Shown: positions 1-13,391, numbered from the stretch's first letter. The stretch is 64,000 nt of DNA from Lytechinus pictus (GCF_037042905.1 NC_087245.1:1240001-1304000); one strand, 5' to 3'. The notes: a model not told the origin generated them from the letters alone. Translations and numbers: made by a program.

Positions 1-158
1 AAATCATCAATTTGGGTGAACTTTGAAGTTCTATAGCAAAAAATCAAGCACATGGACCTATATTAATTTTTGCATATTTCGAATATTAAGGTTCTAAAGT
101 ATCTATGTGCAAAGTTTGGTGAAAATGACATGGATTTCACTTTAACTGTGGAACGTCC
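1..158. mobile_element. Right end of a TTAA-flanked non-autonomous DNA transposon (Kolobok-like)
   Basis: Ends ...GTGGAACGTCC-TTAA; a homologous end recurs at ~7862-7995, also ending in TTAA. Confidence 0.55.
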
Positions 159-162
159 TTAA

Positions 163-2522
163 ATCCTTGTCTATACTAATTCCTAAAAATTGTGTAGTAT
201 TTACATGTTGAATTAAGTTGCCATTAATATATATATTTACTTCTTTTGCACTTTTTTTCGGAGAATTGAACAGCATTACATGGGTCTTTTCATAATTAAG
301 TTGTAATTTATTCGCTTCAACTCATTTGCTAACCTTTGAAAGTTCAGAGTTAAAGTTTTGAGTAAGACATTCCACATCACTGTGTTTATAAAATATATAG
401 GTGTCGTCTGCAAATAACAAACAATTTAATAGTGGAGATACTGAATTTAAATCATTGATGTAAATCAAAAAAGTATGGGACCGAGGATTGATCCTTGCGG
501 AATACCGCAATAAACAGTTTGATAATTAAAGTTTTTAGAATTGAACACTGTAAATTGTTTGCGGTTACTCAAATAACTGTGAAATAAATTTTAAAGTAAC
601 ACCACGGATTCCATAATGAGAAAGTTTTTTTAAAAGTATTTTGTGATTTATGGAGTCAAATGCTTTTTTAAAGTCTAAGAACAGTCCAATAATAATCTCT
701 TTGTTTTCTATTGCTTTTGACACACTCATTAAAAAATCTAAGATAGCATGATGAATGGAATGTCTTGCTCTGAAACCAAACTGTTTATTACAAAAAAAAT
801 GTGTTTTTATCAAGAAAGTTTTGAAGTCGTGTATAGATGCATCTTTCAAAAAGTTTCGAAAATAGTGGTAGTAAGGAAATAGGTCTATAATTTGTAAATA
901 AATCTTTTGGTCCCTTTTTATGTATAGGAATAACTTTAGCAAATTTCAGACCTTGAGGTACAATACCCTTTTCAATACATAAATTAAAATACTGCAAAGT
1001 GGTTTAGAAATAACATGTATAACTGTTTTGACAACAGTGCAATCAATAGAGTCAAAACCAGGAGCTTTTCCATTTTTGAAAGATATAGCAATATTAATTA
1101 TTTCTTTTTCTGTAATAGGTAAAAATAAGCTGTATAGGGACATATTTTACCCAAGAATGATTCAAAGTTGTTACAAGTGTTACTATTATTCATTCCAGCT
1201 ATTTCATGACCAATATTCTTAAAATAATCATTGAAACCTTCAGCGATATTCTTGGATTCACTAACAAGTGTACCGTTACATTGGAATACAGAGGTGTTTT
1301 TATGGAGTCTTTTTCTTTGTAACAGATCATTAATTGTTTACCATGTTTTATTAATGTTTCCTTTAAACATATGAAACTTAGAAAAGTAGTAATCCCTTTT
1401 TGCATCACGTATTTGTTTTGTATACGAATTTCGAAATTTGGTATAACATTCTTTTCTGTGTGATGTAGGATTTTTTATATACTTTTTATGTAAATTATTT
1501 TTTTAGAACACATCTGTTTAAGTTTTTTGTTTAACCATGGTTTATGATTTTTCTTTATTTTTAATCTTCTGAGAGGAAAACATTTATTATAAGTCTCAGA
1601 AAAAAAACTCCATAAATTGTTTATACATATAATTTGGCTCTTCCTGTTATCTGCAAAGCAGATTGTCAAAATCAGTTGAAGATAAAACATTCAGAAAACA
1701 GTCAATATTGATATCATTAATTTGATGTTCATATGTAACAGGTTCATCTTCATATATACCTTTAAAATCAAACATGTCAAATATTGGCAAATGATCAGAT
1801 ATGTCACAGGTTAGTATTCCTGTGGAACTATTGCACATACTTTTTGTAAATAAATTGTCAATCAATGAAGCTGTGGAGTTAGTTATTCTTGTTGGTTTTG
1901 TAATACAAGGAAAAAAGCAATATGAGTAAGATAATTCAAGCAACTCATTACAAGAACTCTGTACATCTAATTTCATTAAATCAATATTAAAGTCTCCAAG
2001 AAATCTACATTCTTTTTTCTCAATATGAACTGTAGACAAAATATTTCCTAAAGTATCCATAAAATGTGCATGTGATTGATCAGGTGGTCTATAGAAGACA
2101 CCAACAATAATGTTCTTTCCTGGTTTTAAAATTTCAATAAAAAGGCTTTCACAATGACAATTGAATACTGAGATGTCATTACGCATGATATATCTTACAT
2201 CATTTCTAATGTCAAATGCAACTCCTCCTTCTTTCCTATTATTTCGTAATTTACTCTCAGTCTTATATCCATCGATATTGAATTCACCTTTTTTACCATT
2301 GTCCAACCATGTTTCAGTAAATGCTAAAAGACCAAAAGAATTATCTAAATGTGACAGTAGAGACGTTATATCATCATAGTGTTTTGGCAAGCTACGGCAA
2401 TTTAAATGCAGGAGTGAAAAACCATGTGTTTTACCTGGGTTTTCATTTGAAAAGTCTTCTGGTGTTACATATATACAGTCATTATCAGCCTCTTCCTGTA
2501 ATATATAACTTTCATCGTTCAC
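163..2522 (-). mobile_element. Degenerate CR1/L2-type non-LTR retrotransposon ORF2 (APE endonuclease + reverse transcriptase), frameshifted
   Basis: ORF 1647-2522 has APE motifs (HLNCRSL, FTETWL, YRPP, GDFNID, PTR, IDN, SDHLP). ORFs in 322-1143 carry RT motifs (KAPGFDSI, NYRPISLL, QFGFR, FLDFKKAFDSI, FADDT) split across frames. Confidence 0.92.
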
Positions 2523-2851
2523 AACAGGTAATGACAGAGCAGAATGCTAGATACATCTAACAGTGACATTATAAGTATGTATCTAAGAGTAAAACAACAG
2601 GAAAAGGATGTAAAAATGCAGTGCAAATATTGAATAACAGCATGAACAGAGAGATCAGAAGTTAATCTTTTAGTAAGAAATAGTGATGGCATGCAGAATT
2701 GGTAGCATACGTAAAGACCAGAACAACAGCAGTATGAATTCATTGCAGTATCTGGGGGAACAGTCATAAAATTAATCTCTTAAATTACAAGTCCAGAATT
2801 ACATGTAAGAGATTACAAATGTTTTGATCTTTTGATGAATTGAGAAGGGAA

Positions 2852-3185
2852 TCAAAGACGGGCAAGATCTGCTTCTGTAGAGATGACAAGTGTTACTGTC
2901 TTGCCACCACTTGCTTTAACTTGGGCAAAGATTCTTCCATCATAGGTCCATGCATTAACAACATTGTTGTTAGTCATCTTCACACTTTTGTAGACTTTAC
3001 GGTACAGCGATTGATTTTTCATAGTCAGGTCTTCTTGTATAGATATGCGTGATCCTTTCAACTTTCTGCGTGATGAAATGACCTGCTTTTTAACACGATA
3101 GCTACAGAACTTAACTATCAGTGCGCGATGTTTTCCTGGATCTGGATCCGTCTTTCCTACGTGATGAAATCTTCAGCTTTTAGTT
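2852..3185 (-). pseudogene. LINE ORF1 C-terminal remnant belonging to the adjacent element
   Basis: IVKF...KLKGSRISIQEDLT...AWTYDGRIF resembles CR1/L2 ORF1 proteins; same strand and directly upstream of ORF2. Confidence 0.7.
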
Positions 3186-4295
3186 CTGCCTGAAAGTATG
3201 ATGACAACAAATTCATCATATAAATAGCTTTTTTCATCCTTGCTTGTAATCGTACACAGCATCTCGGTCCGCCTCGCCGGGTTCAGAGATAATATATATA
3301 TACGTGAGGATGGGATATGCATCCAACATTTCCAACAGTTTTTTTTTATCATTATAATAACATAAAGGCAATTAAGAAGATGAAATCCTGTGACACAAAC
3401 GAGTCAGGCCACATTGGTTAATTTGGTGTGTGTTTTTTCATCCTTCAAAATGACAAAAGTCTGACATTTTGATAAATCCTTACAGTGGCGGACCGTGACA
3501 CGGAGAGACAAAGCGTTGGAGGAATGGAGGGGCACAGCATTGTTCACAAACAATACAGTGCCCCTCCAATCAATTGTCTCCTCCGGGTCACGGTCCGCCA
3601 CTGAATCCTTATATTGGTCGGCTATTATCTTGGTATTCAAAATAGTCCTTGGGTTACATGCAGCCTATATGCTTAGAATGACATCATTATTGTATGACGA
3701 TTTACATTCTTTACATAAAAAGTACGTCGTATATTTACGAATCATTCGGATTTCCCGTCAGTTAGATTTCAAAATGGCCGCCAAAACAACATTTATTTTA
3801 TCCTTATTATATATTACATTTCCCTTTGCCCATAATTGATTTTTTTCCTTCTGTATATCCATAATATTGGGGCAGGGGGGGGGGTTGTTCTGTGACTGCT
3901 TTGGACAGTAATCTATATCTATTGTGAATAAATCAAATATTGGGTGATGCATTTGTTAATACAAGATATATAGAGGGGGTGAGAGGGGGCGGACAGAGAA
4001 AGAGAGAGTGGGAATCCAATATACACTCCACGTACAATGTACAATTTTAGTCAGATTACAAAAAGTTTGTGTATTATAAATACAACATATTTATTGTTCC
4101 TTACAAATTCAGCAGCAATCACCTAAGGATAATAATTGATGTTAATTGTCTCTTCTGCGATCCAATTTAATTTCCAATAAATGCAATTGAGCTATATTGC
4201 ACATATTATTCAGGTAAATTGGATGTGGTTCCGTGTGTTACTAGGAATAGGATTTCTCCAGACTCTATTGGGTTCGTTAAGTGAATGTATATATA

Positions 4296-5263
4296 CAGTG
4301 CGTATCAAAAAAAGTTTACACTTTGAAAAAGCCCTGGGAATTAAATAATATACAACATGTTGGTATTTTTTGCATTTATATTCTTTGGTTTGGGTCTCAT
4401 CTATCCAATGAAAGTAAAAGTTTTGACAGAATGTTACACTTGAGTGAGCACTGTCCATTTTCGTAAAGCTCGCAGAAATCTGTTTGCGCAGAAATGCTCG
4501 TTTTTACGCTGTGTCAAGAGGAAAGGGCGAAATCAAACTTACCCTGCGAAACATTTCTCATACATTTCCCTTGCACTTTTAGTCAATTAAAATAAAACGG
4601 ATACATTCAAGCATTTTGTAACAATTTTGCCACCCAAATTGAAATTTCAACTCTTAGTATATAAGCACCTTTACCCTTTTGTCCCAGCTGGATCTGAGGA
4701 AAAGTTTATATCAGACATCTTCAGCATTTTCCACTAAGTTTGTATTATTTAAAGTGGGTTTACATTTCATTTTTCATGTAATACTCGTTTCTCTACACTT
4801 TTCCCAAGTTTGACAATGATTAACAAAATGAAAATCAAGCCTAGGCCAATTTAAAAAAAAATCACATGCAGCTCAGTGTAAAACAAGTATCGTCACGATG
4901 GCCTTGGTGTGTGGGGGAGTGGGGTGGGGAGCAATGCACACTTCGAAGTGTTTTTGGCAAGGAAACAAGTTTAAAAAGGTAAAAGATATCTTCAAATCAA
5001 TTTTACTAGCTAAATTCCATGTATTCTTCATGATTAAGGTCTACTTTTATTCGCATAAGTATTTCAAAGTTCTGCGCAAATCATTTTTTACTAACTTTTC
5101 AAAGTGTTGCTCACTCAAGCGGAAATATTTTTCGACAGTTATATCGTCATTTGCTTAAATGGGTCTGTACCAATGTTAAAATGTGGAAAAAATTTAAGGA
5201 TATTAGAAATGTATAATTTTATAGGATTTTTTTTAAGTGTAAACTTTTTTTTGATACGCACTG
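4296..5263. mobile_element. Tc1/mariner-like MITE
   Basis: ~28-bp TIRs CAGTGCGTATCAAAAAAAGTTTACACTT at both ends, flanked by TA; no coding capacity. Confidence 0.85.
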
Positions 5264-5781
5264 TATATGCATATATGTGTACAGTTTGAAGTTATGATAA
5301 TCAAGAAGTGCAGATTAGAAATTATCTATGCACTCTAAAAATATATAGGTTAAAAGTGCTCCATGAGGGGAATTATGCGTCCTTCCATCATTGGGCATCT
5401 CCTTAGGGCATTTTTATTTATCCAGTGTAATGAAAATTTTGCCCATTTCAAAGTAATTGCTGCTTATTTTTTGACCTTACAGGACGATATGCTTCCCGCA
5501 TTGGGTATATAAAATACTGCTCGAAGTGTTTTGACTCATGATTACCCTCGTGGTGGTAAACATGTTACCCAATATTTTTTACAGTGTGAGTAAAATTGAT
5601 TTTTGGGGTTAATTTCAGGTTTGAAAAAACATAGATTAGACTAAAAATGCGCAAAATACATTAAAAATCGAGGGATGGGGCAACAATACAATGGCCGCGG
5701 AATATGGGGGGGGGGTGGGCTTTCAACAAACGTGTACAAAAATGTAACAACGACCATCTGATTATGTTTTTGCATGGTCAG

Positions 5782-6970
5782 TGTTACGAGTCATGTCTAT
5801 CAATGCCAGTGACCCAAATATTTTGTCTTGGTCATGAATCTTTTTCTTTTGTCCATAGTAATGTAGTGCAGTTGGCTATTAGCACATTTTCATTTGTGTG
5901 TTCCATACCTTGCATAACTCGGTGTTAGGCAGCTTTAAATAGGCTCTCTTGCAAGTTCTAATTCTGATCCCTATTCAATGCTAGGATGGTTCAGATAGTT
6001 TTCTTGCAAGGTTTTGTTTATAAGCAAGTGAATGCAATATTTAAGTAGATTGGGTTTAGATTGGAATTCTTATATGGGAGGAACCCTAGTTAGAATTGAT
6101 AGTTGTCACTTAGGAATCGGAGAGGCAGGACGTACCTCCGATCGAGTTCTCTCTAAGAGCAGCCGCCAGCAGCTAGCCTGCTAGGGTTTGGTAGCATCAG
6201 CTAGGCCGACATGGTCGGGCAACGACGGCATGTTTAGGCCGTACATCTAGAAACAAGGCGTGGCAGTTTCTTATATTTTTTCTAGCTATGTTGCACCACA
6301 TTTGTCTGTACTGGACATGGGCTGCTCCGGTCTTCCAAGCGTTCTTGTCACCAGTTAAACTATGGCGTTGACGGTGATGTCGACAGTTTTAATGATGTCC
6401 ATTGAGTGAAGGCGTTTCTCAAGCATAGAGGTGTAAACCCGATGTAAACTACAGTATGATGTAAAGTCTACACTAGTCAAGGTGAGTCAGTCAAGGCGAA
6501 CGTCGAAGGACTTCGGCCATGTTAGACGGTCAACGAGTTGATTCCAATATTACCAAGAAGTTCTTCAGATCAGGTTCCATATTTTAAAGAAATGAAGATA
6601 TAGAAAAAATAAAAGAACTTTTGGACTTTAAGCAGTAACACAGTAAACTGTTTGGTTATATTTAGATATATCATTTATATAATGAATTGATCAGGAATAG
6701 TAACTGTTAATGGTTGCATTACTGGATTGTCACGGTATTGCAAGGTATGATCTCCGTTGGATTTGATGATTGTTTTATTTTGAATACTTTTCCATATTTT
6801 TTTGTTTTGAAGTAATGTAATTGTTGTTCCAAGGAACACTTGAACTTGAAGATTGAAATTAAATCTAATTTCCTTAAAATATTGTCTCCATTGTTACTTT
6901 GTCTGAGTTCTGTATTTAAGAAGTTGCCACTGGACCAACAAGTCATCACACCCTCCCCATGGCTGTGACA
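5782..6970. mobile_element. Solo LTR (~1.19 kb) of an LTR retrotransposon
   Basis: Starts TGTTAC and ends GTGACA; exact 5-bp duplication GTCAG at 5777-5781 and 6971-6975; internal AATAAA near 6608. Confidence 0.7.
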
Positions 6971-7282
6971 GTCAGCCCGCCACCCCCACCGCCCCCGTAA
7001 GTTAAGTATATCATCCGTGTTCAGTGATCGGTTACTACTTCTCTCAATTTAGACTTGTTCATGTCTATATTTTGGTATTCTGTTAAACTATTGAAGTTTT
7101 ATTCCACTACAATGCTTGAAAATATCTCCCCAATTGATTAAAAATCACCCTCTTGGTCTAGATCCGCCAACATAGCTGTATCTTTTAAAAAGAATTTGCT
7201 GCCTTTAACATGCCAAAGGTTTGCCTCTGTTTCAAATTAGATATCCCTACATGTAAGTATGATTTGTACTACATGTATTTCC

Positions 7283-7860
7283 TAAGGGGGTTTCACACCG
7301 AGATCTGCGTAGAGTTGCGTAATCACTGCGCTGCTATTTGTGTTGCCTACGCAAGTCTATATACGCAACTCTACGCAAAATGGGTACGCGGGAGGAACGC
7401 AACAAAATGAACATGTTTTGCGCACTGTTGGCGTAGAGCCAGGTCTACGCAAGTCTACGCAAGCCTACGCAACAATACACAATTGTACACAACTGCAACT
7501 GTACGCAGCTCCTACGCAACACTACGCCCAAATTATGTTTCTCACTTTTTAAAACTTGCACATGGAATGGCTGAAAATAATTGTATCTCTATTTAAATAG
7601 AGTAAAATTCACTGAGCAATACGCAGAAGATTCATTAAAACAAATTAGCAATATTTTCACTTTCGTAGCGTTGCGTAGAGTTGCGTAGAGACTACACAAC
7701 ACTACGCCTCCGTTTGTTCTGACTTCGCAGCTCTTCCGTCGCCAGTCTACGCAACTTCACGCAAAATGGGTACGCGGGTGAACGCAAAAAAAAATCAAAC
7801 ATGCTTAAATTTTTGCGCGCTGTTGGTGTAGAGCCAGGTCTACGCAACTGTACGCCACTA
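7283..7860. repeat. CTACGC/GCGTAG-rich MITE-like remnant with internal duplication
   Basis: Many CTACGCAA motifs; ~110-bp segment at ~7350-7460 recurs at ~7745-7855. Confidence 0.5.
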
Positions 7861-8119
7861 GCTCTATAGAAAAAAATCAAGCACATGAACCCATGGTAAT
7901 TCTTGCATATTTCAAATATTCAGGTTCTAAAGGGTTTTTTTGCAAAGCTTGGTGAAAATGACATGGATTTCACTGTAACTGTGGAACGTCCTTAACTTTT
8001 TAAAATAGCAATATTTTGTGAAAACAGTTTATGTGCATTTTGTCATGAATATTGATTAGGTGGTTTGGTGATGAAATGTCCCCTCTTTCTTTTTTCTTAT
8101 GTTAGAAAGTCAAAAAGGG

Positions 8120-8158
8120 GCCTAAGCTTTCGATCCTAGCAGAATCTTCGTCGGAGGC
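8120..8158 (-). ncRNA. Minimal type-I hammerhead ribozyme (variant core CCGACGA)
   Basis: Minus strand reads GCCU-CCGACGA-A-GAUUCU(GCU)AGGAUC-GAA-AGCU-U-AGGC: 4-bp stem I, 6-bp stem II, palindromic minimal stem III. Confidence 0.75.
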
Positions 8159-9083
8159 AAAATGACAAACATATAAAGTGGAACAACCATAATATAGACC
8201 ACAAACAAGCTACAGCAACACTAGAAATAAGGAGACAAAAGGGGCATTAGTGAGTAGAGAAGACCAATCAGGTTAGTGAAGGGGATGAAAGAAAAGGAGT
8301 AGGCAGACACAAAGGGAAGTTAGTGTAAGTAAGGCCAGTAAAAGACCTCAAGCCAAGAGGGATTAAGATAATGAGGCAGGCAACATCAAACAGGATCTGG
8401 AACAAAACAGTGATAGAGGGATGAATAACAAGAGAATTAGTGAGAGGTGGGTCAAACAGGTTACAAAGAAAGGCATAATAAACTGGTGCATAAGAGTGGG
8501 GGGGGGGGGGAAAGGAAAAGAATGGGGAACAACTGATAATGTGCAAAAGACATATAAGTATATATGATAAAGCATTAAACAAACTAAGAGAAGAAGGTAA
8601 GTGTAAATATGTATCTACAAGTGATATGTATATAAATATATCAACAAAAAAAAGAAATGTATATGAAAAATATAAATACACATATATGGTGTAACTGATA
8701 TTGTAATCCGCTAGGTGTGACGGGAAAAAAACATAAGACTATATAGTAGGAAAAAAAAAAAAAAACTGTATATATATGTGAAAAAGAGGAAGCAAATTGC
8801 CTAAAAAGGTAAAAGCAAATATAGAAGAGAGGGGGTGTATTATGAAGAAACCATAGTATACATGTAAATAAGCAAATGTGGTAAATCTAAAAGAGGTGAG
8901 TGGAGAAAAAAAATATATATATAATCATTATTATATCGCCTGAATAAGGAAGGAAAAATTGGAGCTGAGCTTGTATGAGATATGGGAGGAAAGTAGAGGA
9001 AGAAACTATAATGTTACTATTCAAAAGAGCTGAGGGGAAAAATTATATGTATATATAAATTGAAAGTGGATAGGAAAGAATAA

Positions 9084-9848
9084 TCAGTCGTTCCCCTCTT
9101 GGATGTTCAGGCCATGAGGTTGGGTGGTGCGAAGTCGTCTCATCCAGAGTTTCTCTCTGCTAGTACGGACTGAGTCAGGACGGGCACCTAAAGATTCGAT
9201 GCCCTGCAGCATCATGTCAGTGATGGAGTGGTTGGGGAGGTTAAAATGGCGGCCAACTGGAGTGTCCAGCTTTGCTGTGTTGACGGTGGATCTGTGCCCG
9301 TAGAATCGTTTCTTGAGCGTGGTCTTGGTTTCCCCTATGTATTGTACCCTACAAACTCTGCAAGTGATGAGATATACAACATTAGTGGTAGTGCATGTGA
9401 TGTTGCCCTTGATTTGGTGAGACGGGCTGGTAGAGTTGCTGGTGAAAGTGTCGCCCTCGTGAAGGTGTATTTCACATATGATGCACCTGTTGCTGGTGCA
9501 TTTGAAGGTGCCATGCTGTATGGGAGAAGAATGGTTGGTGAGGGAGGGCACTTCAGCACGAACAATGAGTTCCCTGAGATTCGGTGGGCGTCGGTATGCT
9601 AGAAGGGGAGTATCGGGAACGGCCTGTTGGAGACGATCAGAAGTGTGTAAAATGTGGTGGTTATCACACAGGATTTTGCGGAGAGGGGGTAGATTGGGAT
9701 GGAAGGTGGTCACAAGCGGTATTCTGTCGGTAGTCTCCTTGTCACTTTTAGGTTTGAGAACTTCAGATCTGGGGAGAGAACGAACTTTGTTAATTGCCAG
9801 TTGGACTGCCCTGGCCCCGTGGCCCCTGGCACAGAGATGTTTCTGCAA
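9084..9848 (-). CDS. Penelope-like element C-terminus: RT thumb/linker, Cys knuckle and GIY-YIG endonuclease (truncated)
   Basis: RIPLVTTFHP, AYRRPPNLRELIVRA, CTSNRCIIC, NVVYLITC..C..QYIGET, RFYGH, E..W, PHGLN. Confidence 0.9.
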   Translation of the reverse strand: MQKHLCARGHGARAVQLAINKVRSLPRSEVLKPKSDKETTDRIPLVTTFHPNLPPLRKILCDNHHILHTSDRLQQAVPDTPLLAYRRPPNLRELIVRAEVPSLTNHSSPIQHGTFKCTSNRCIICEIHLHEGDTFTSNSTSPSHQIKGNITCTTTNVVYLITCRVCRVQYIGETKTTLKKRFYGHRSTVNTAKLDTPVGRHFNLPNHSITDMMLQGIESLGARPDSVRTSREKLWMRRLRTTQPHGLNIQEGND

Positions 9849-10079
9849 ATTCCATTTTCTTATGTCATTACATTATATCATAATTATTTCATATTTTCAT
9901 ATATGCGTGTACGATACGTCTCTCTGATAATAAAGTAAGTTGCAGCAATGAACATCCAATGCATTAATTTTGTTACCAATCCTTTCTTTTAATTCTCGGA
10001 GGACAAAATTCGAAGAAAAAAATCTAATCTAATATAATATAATAAAAAAAAAGTCGGGATATGATACCATCATATCCCT

Positions 10080-10680
10080 AAGTGTGCAAACCGGGTGAAA
10101 CCATCCCTTCCTCATCCTTCTAATAAATTTAAATAGTAGGCCTATTAATTGCTTTTTAGGTGTTCCCACTTTTAATAGTGCTGTTAATGTTTTTCGCTCT
10201 ATATTGCGATTTTCTTTTCTTCTTCTTTACTTTTAATTAGCTTTTCTTGTATCTCATCAGCAGTTGGTAGTATATGATTCCCCCTTCCGTGATATGTAAA
10301 GAATTTAATAAGTAAAATAATATGATTAAATAGTTGTCTCTTTTCTGCTCTCTCTTCTAATCCAATATGGATATCCTTCTACTGTAAGCTTTCAAGAATT
10401 AGAAAATTTAGTACATTGCTACACAATCTCCACAATATTTTAACCATTTCACATTCATAAAATAAACGTCTATAAGTTTCTTCATCTTTACCGCAAAAAA
10501 GCATTCATTAGTCGATATAAATCGAAACCTATATAAATGGTGGTTAACAAAGATATTGATATTGTATGATAATTTATATTGAAATTCTCTCAACTAATTA
10601 TCTAATGTGCGAAATCTTGGACGACAAAATACTTTTTCAATTATTTTGGTTACATGTGAGGGTGTGTGTGTTTCTCGGTA
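10080..10680 (-). pseudogene. Decayed 3' end of an L1/Tx1-like LINE ORF2 (Cys-rich zf-RVT-like region)
   Basis: LREFQYKL...N..LYRF...NECFF followed by frameshifted sequence. Confidence 0.5.
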
Positions 10681-12539
10681 GTTCACATACTCAAAAAGTT
10701 AATATCATAATCCGTTCCTCAAATATATTATATTGTAGTTGATCATCGAGCATTGACGAATCTAATTTGTTATCAACAATGGGCCAAATATTAAATGATA
10801 ATGACATTCACGTTATCCTTTGCAGAGATCAAAGCACCGAGAAAGGAAAGTGGCAACGCAAATAACGATCACTAACACAAATCAAACACCAAATCTTTCT
10901 CCGTGGGGGTGTGTATATCAGGCAGGGGGTATATATCTCACTTATAATAAACACAAATACCATAAAATACTGAACTTCTGCGCCCTTCCATTCTAACTCC
11001 CAACTGCCTGATTTTATTCAAATTCAAGCCTATTTTACTTACATTACTTTTATGGAGTGGTAAAGCATGTGTAGCGAAATTGCCAAAATGTTTATTCTTT
11101 ATCATGTTAACAGTTCGAATGTTTGCATTGCTGGTACATAATTACGTTAAGTGTGCTTAGAAGTAAGTTACAAAGAAATTCATGTTAAGAACAACCAATA
11201 CTGTGAAAAAAGGAAAACTGTCCAACAACGCAATACTGTCCCCGCAACATCCGTAACTGTCCATACGGCGGACTTGTGGAAAATCGCCATGAATACTTAT
11301 GGTCTGTATCCAAGCTACGAATAATCAAGTTTTGTTATGGTTAGGCCTGCTTGCATAAGTCTGTTTTCGTCGCGACTCCCAGCAGAAGTCTTGATAGCGT
11401 ATTCGTTTTTTTTTTTTTAGTTTCAATACGGATCAGTTACGTTTAGTTATTTCTATATATTTACGGCCCTGTGGATACCTGTGTCTGTCCATCAACTAGC
11501 TGTCCGTATAGTGGTGGATGTAACTCAAGATGTGACTGTTGCTTAAGTCGATTAAGTAGAGTAGCTCCGAAGATTCTTTTTTGACGAATTTTAATTAACC
11601 GTTTGTCTGTTTGTCTCATTCACTCCTAAAGAAAAAAAAATTATATTGGAGTGAGCAAGAATTATAAGCAGAAAAATGGGAGATCGAGGCTGTGTATCAA
11701 TTTCCTGCGGAAAGACGATAGCTTTCATATAGCATGGTGTTGGTTGATTTCACAGACAAATTTGCTTTGAGCCAACCATTTGCAAGGGTTTCAGTGGCTT
11801 ATAACAGATAGCTCGAGAAAATCACTAACCATATCTTTCATGAAACGCCCCCACTATTTTTTTCATGAAACGCTTCCGATGTTTCTGATTGGCTTAAGTG
11901 AGACTGTGTCGCTATCCTCAATTTCCAAATACAATACCTGCTCAGCACATTTCTTCGCATTTACCGGCAGTACTTACCTGAAGGTTTGGCCTCCTCGCGA
12001 TCGGTTGTATTTTCATAGTGAACGCACAATCGTATGCCTTTATCATGTTTATTGTCGTTCGCAGGTCTCTGGTCTTAAATTCTTTCAAGATCAAGGCTAT
12101 GACCTCCTCTCTCTGGAATCCGCGTGTATATGCAGATTGATTACTTATACATTCGATCATTCTGAGTTGGACCATGGACCTTTACAGCTGGAGGAATGAG
12201 TGATGATGTACCTTATAGGATAAACAGATGCTTCTGAACAGCAAAGGGAAACAAGACAGACTCTTACTATACATTTTACTTCATCTATTAAAGCAGTTTT
12301 TTGTTTCCTATAACCATGAACCTACTAGCAGGTCCATGCTATAACCAAATTATTTAGTCAACCTCACAATACCGTCCGGCCATATTGAGAGGCACCCTTG
12401 CCAACAAGATTTCTTGGTTTGTTTCAACATCCCAACCATCGAGTTTTGAGAGAACGGTGAACAATTTCCAGTTTAATCGATACGCGTACTGGATATAATT
12501 TATTAGAGGTCTGGCCAATTTTTACATCATATTGCAACA

Positions 12540-12621
12540 ATGGAACATTATCTTATGTTTATTGTGAGCCTAATTGCTTCAAGAGGTATCCCAGCATTTG
12601 CAGAGACTCTGGAATTTCAAG
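12540..12621 (+). CDS. 7TM receptor coding exon 1 (signal peptide)
   Basis: Translates MEHYLMFIVSLIASRGIPAFAETLEFQ, then G|GTAAAA donor; the phase-1 intron matches the acceptor at 16610 and keeps frame. Confidence 0.75.
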
Positions 12622-12918
12622 GTAAAATAAGTTCAAAATATATTTTTACAATCATGTAGGGCCGGGCCTATGTACATCATCCTAAGTTTATAGGCATAAT
12701 TGTGTATGCGATCAGTAACGCGACCATTAACCCCAAAGGATGGATTATTGTGAATGAAAATTTTCTCACAAAATATGTATAAATTCATTCTGAACCTTCT
12801 CACGTACAGATGAATTTTCGTGGGATATTACTGATGAGCCGTTCATCTAATGATGTGAAAGATTGATTGAAGGGGTGTAATGTGCTCCTTATCCAGATAG
12901 AAAGATGAAAAGGTCAAG

Positions 12919-13391
12919 AAAATTGAAATTGATGAAGAAATGACAGAGAAGAAGAAGCATTTTTTTGTGATTTATGAATAAATTTCGTATAAATTAGCAT
13001 AAATAATTTTCTGGTCAAAATTTCTAAATTCTGTGTAGAACCTTGGTGAACCTCATGTTGCTCTCAGATGGAACCAAAAAGAAAAAAGAAATCAAACTCA
13101 GTCAACAAATAAGTAAGAAGCATTTTTAGTGAGTTTTGTAAAATATGCATAAATCAGCATATTTAATGAGTTTCAAAATTCTGTGTTAAAAAGCAAACAA
13201 ATTGAAACTTATCAACAAATGAAGGAGAAAAATAATTTTTTGTGATTAATGAATAATTTTGCATAAATTAGCATTAATAATTTTCTAGTCAAAATTTCAA
13301 AATTCTGTGTGGAAGTTTGGTGACCCTCATGTACCTCTACCAGATATATAACAAAAATTGGTCAACAAATAAAGAAGAAGAAGCATTTTTT
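12919..13391 (-). repeat. Partial copy of the 14165-15105 element, in inverted orientation
   Basis: Reverse complement of ~14553-15018 with high similarity. Confidence 0.85.

Larger units (their letters stand above)
8103..9850 (-). mobile_element. 5'-truncated Penelope-like retroelement (Neptune-like) with long 3' UTR
   Basis: GIY-YIG ORF plus ~1 kb downstream region ending in a hammerhead motif; TTTTCTTATGT duplicated at 8092-8102 and 9855-9865; interrupts a MITE copy. Confidence 0.85.

Noticed and set aside
3404..3839. ORFs upstream of the LINE ORF1
   Set aside because: No motif I can identify; may be retroelement debris, but this is unsupported.
9228..9927. Plus-strand ORFs overlapping the GIY-YIG ORF
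   Set aside because: Antisense shadows of the Penelope-like coding region.
12831..12865. CTGATGA...GAAA hammerhead-like boxes
   Set aside because: No convincing stem I or II pairing and no minimal stem III.
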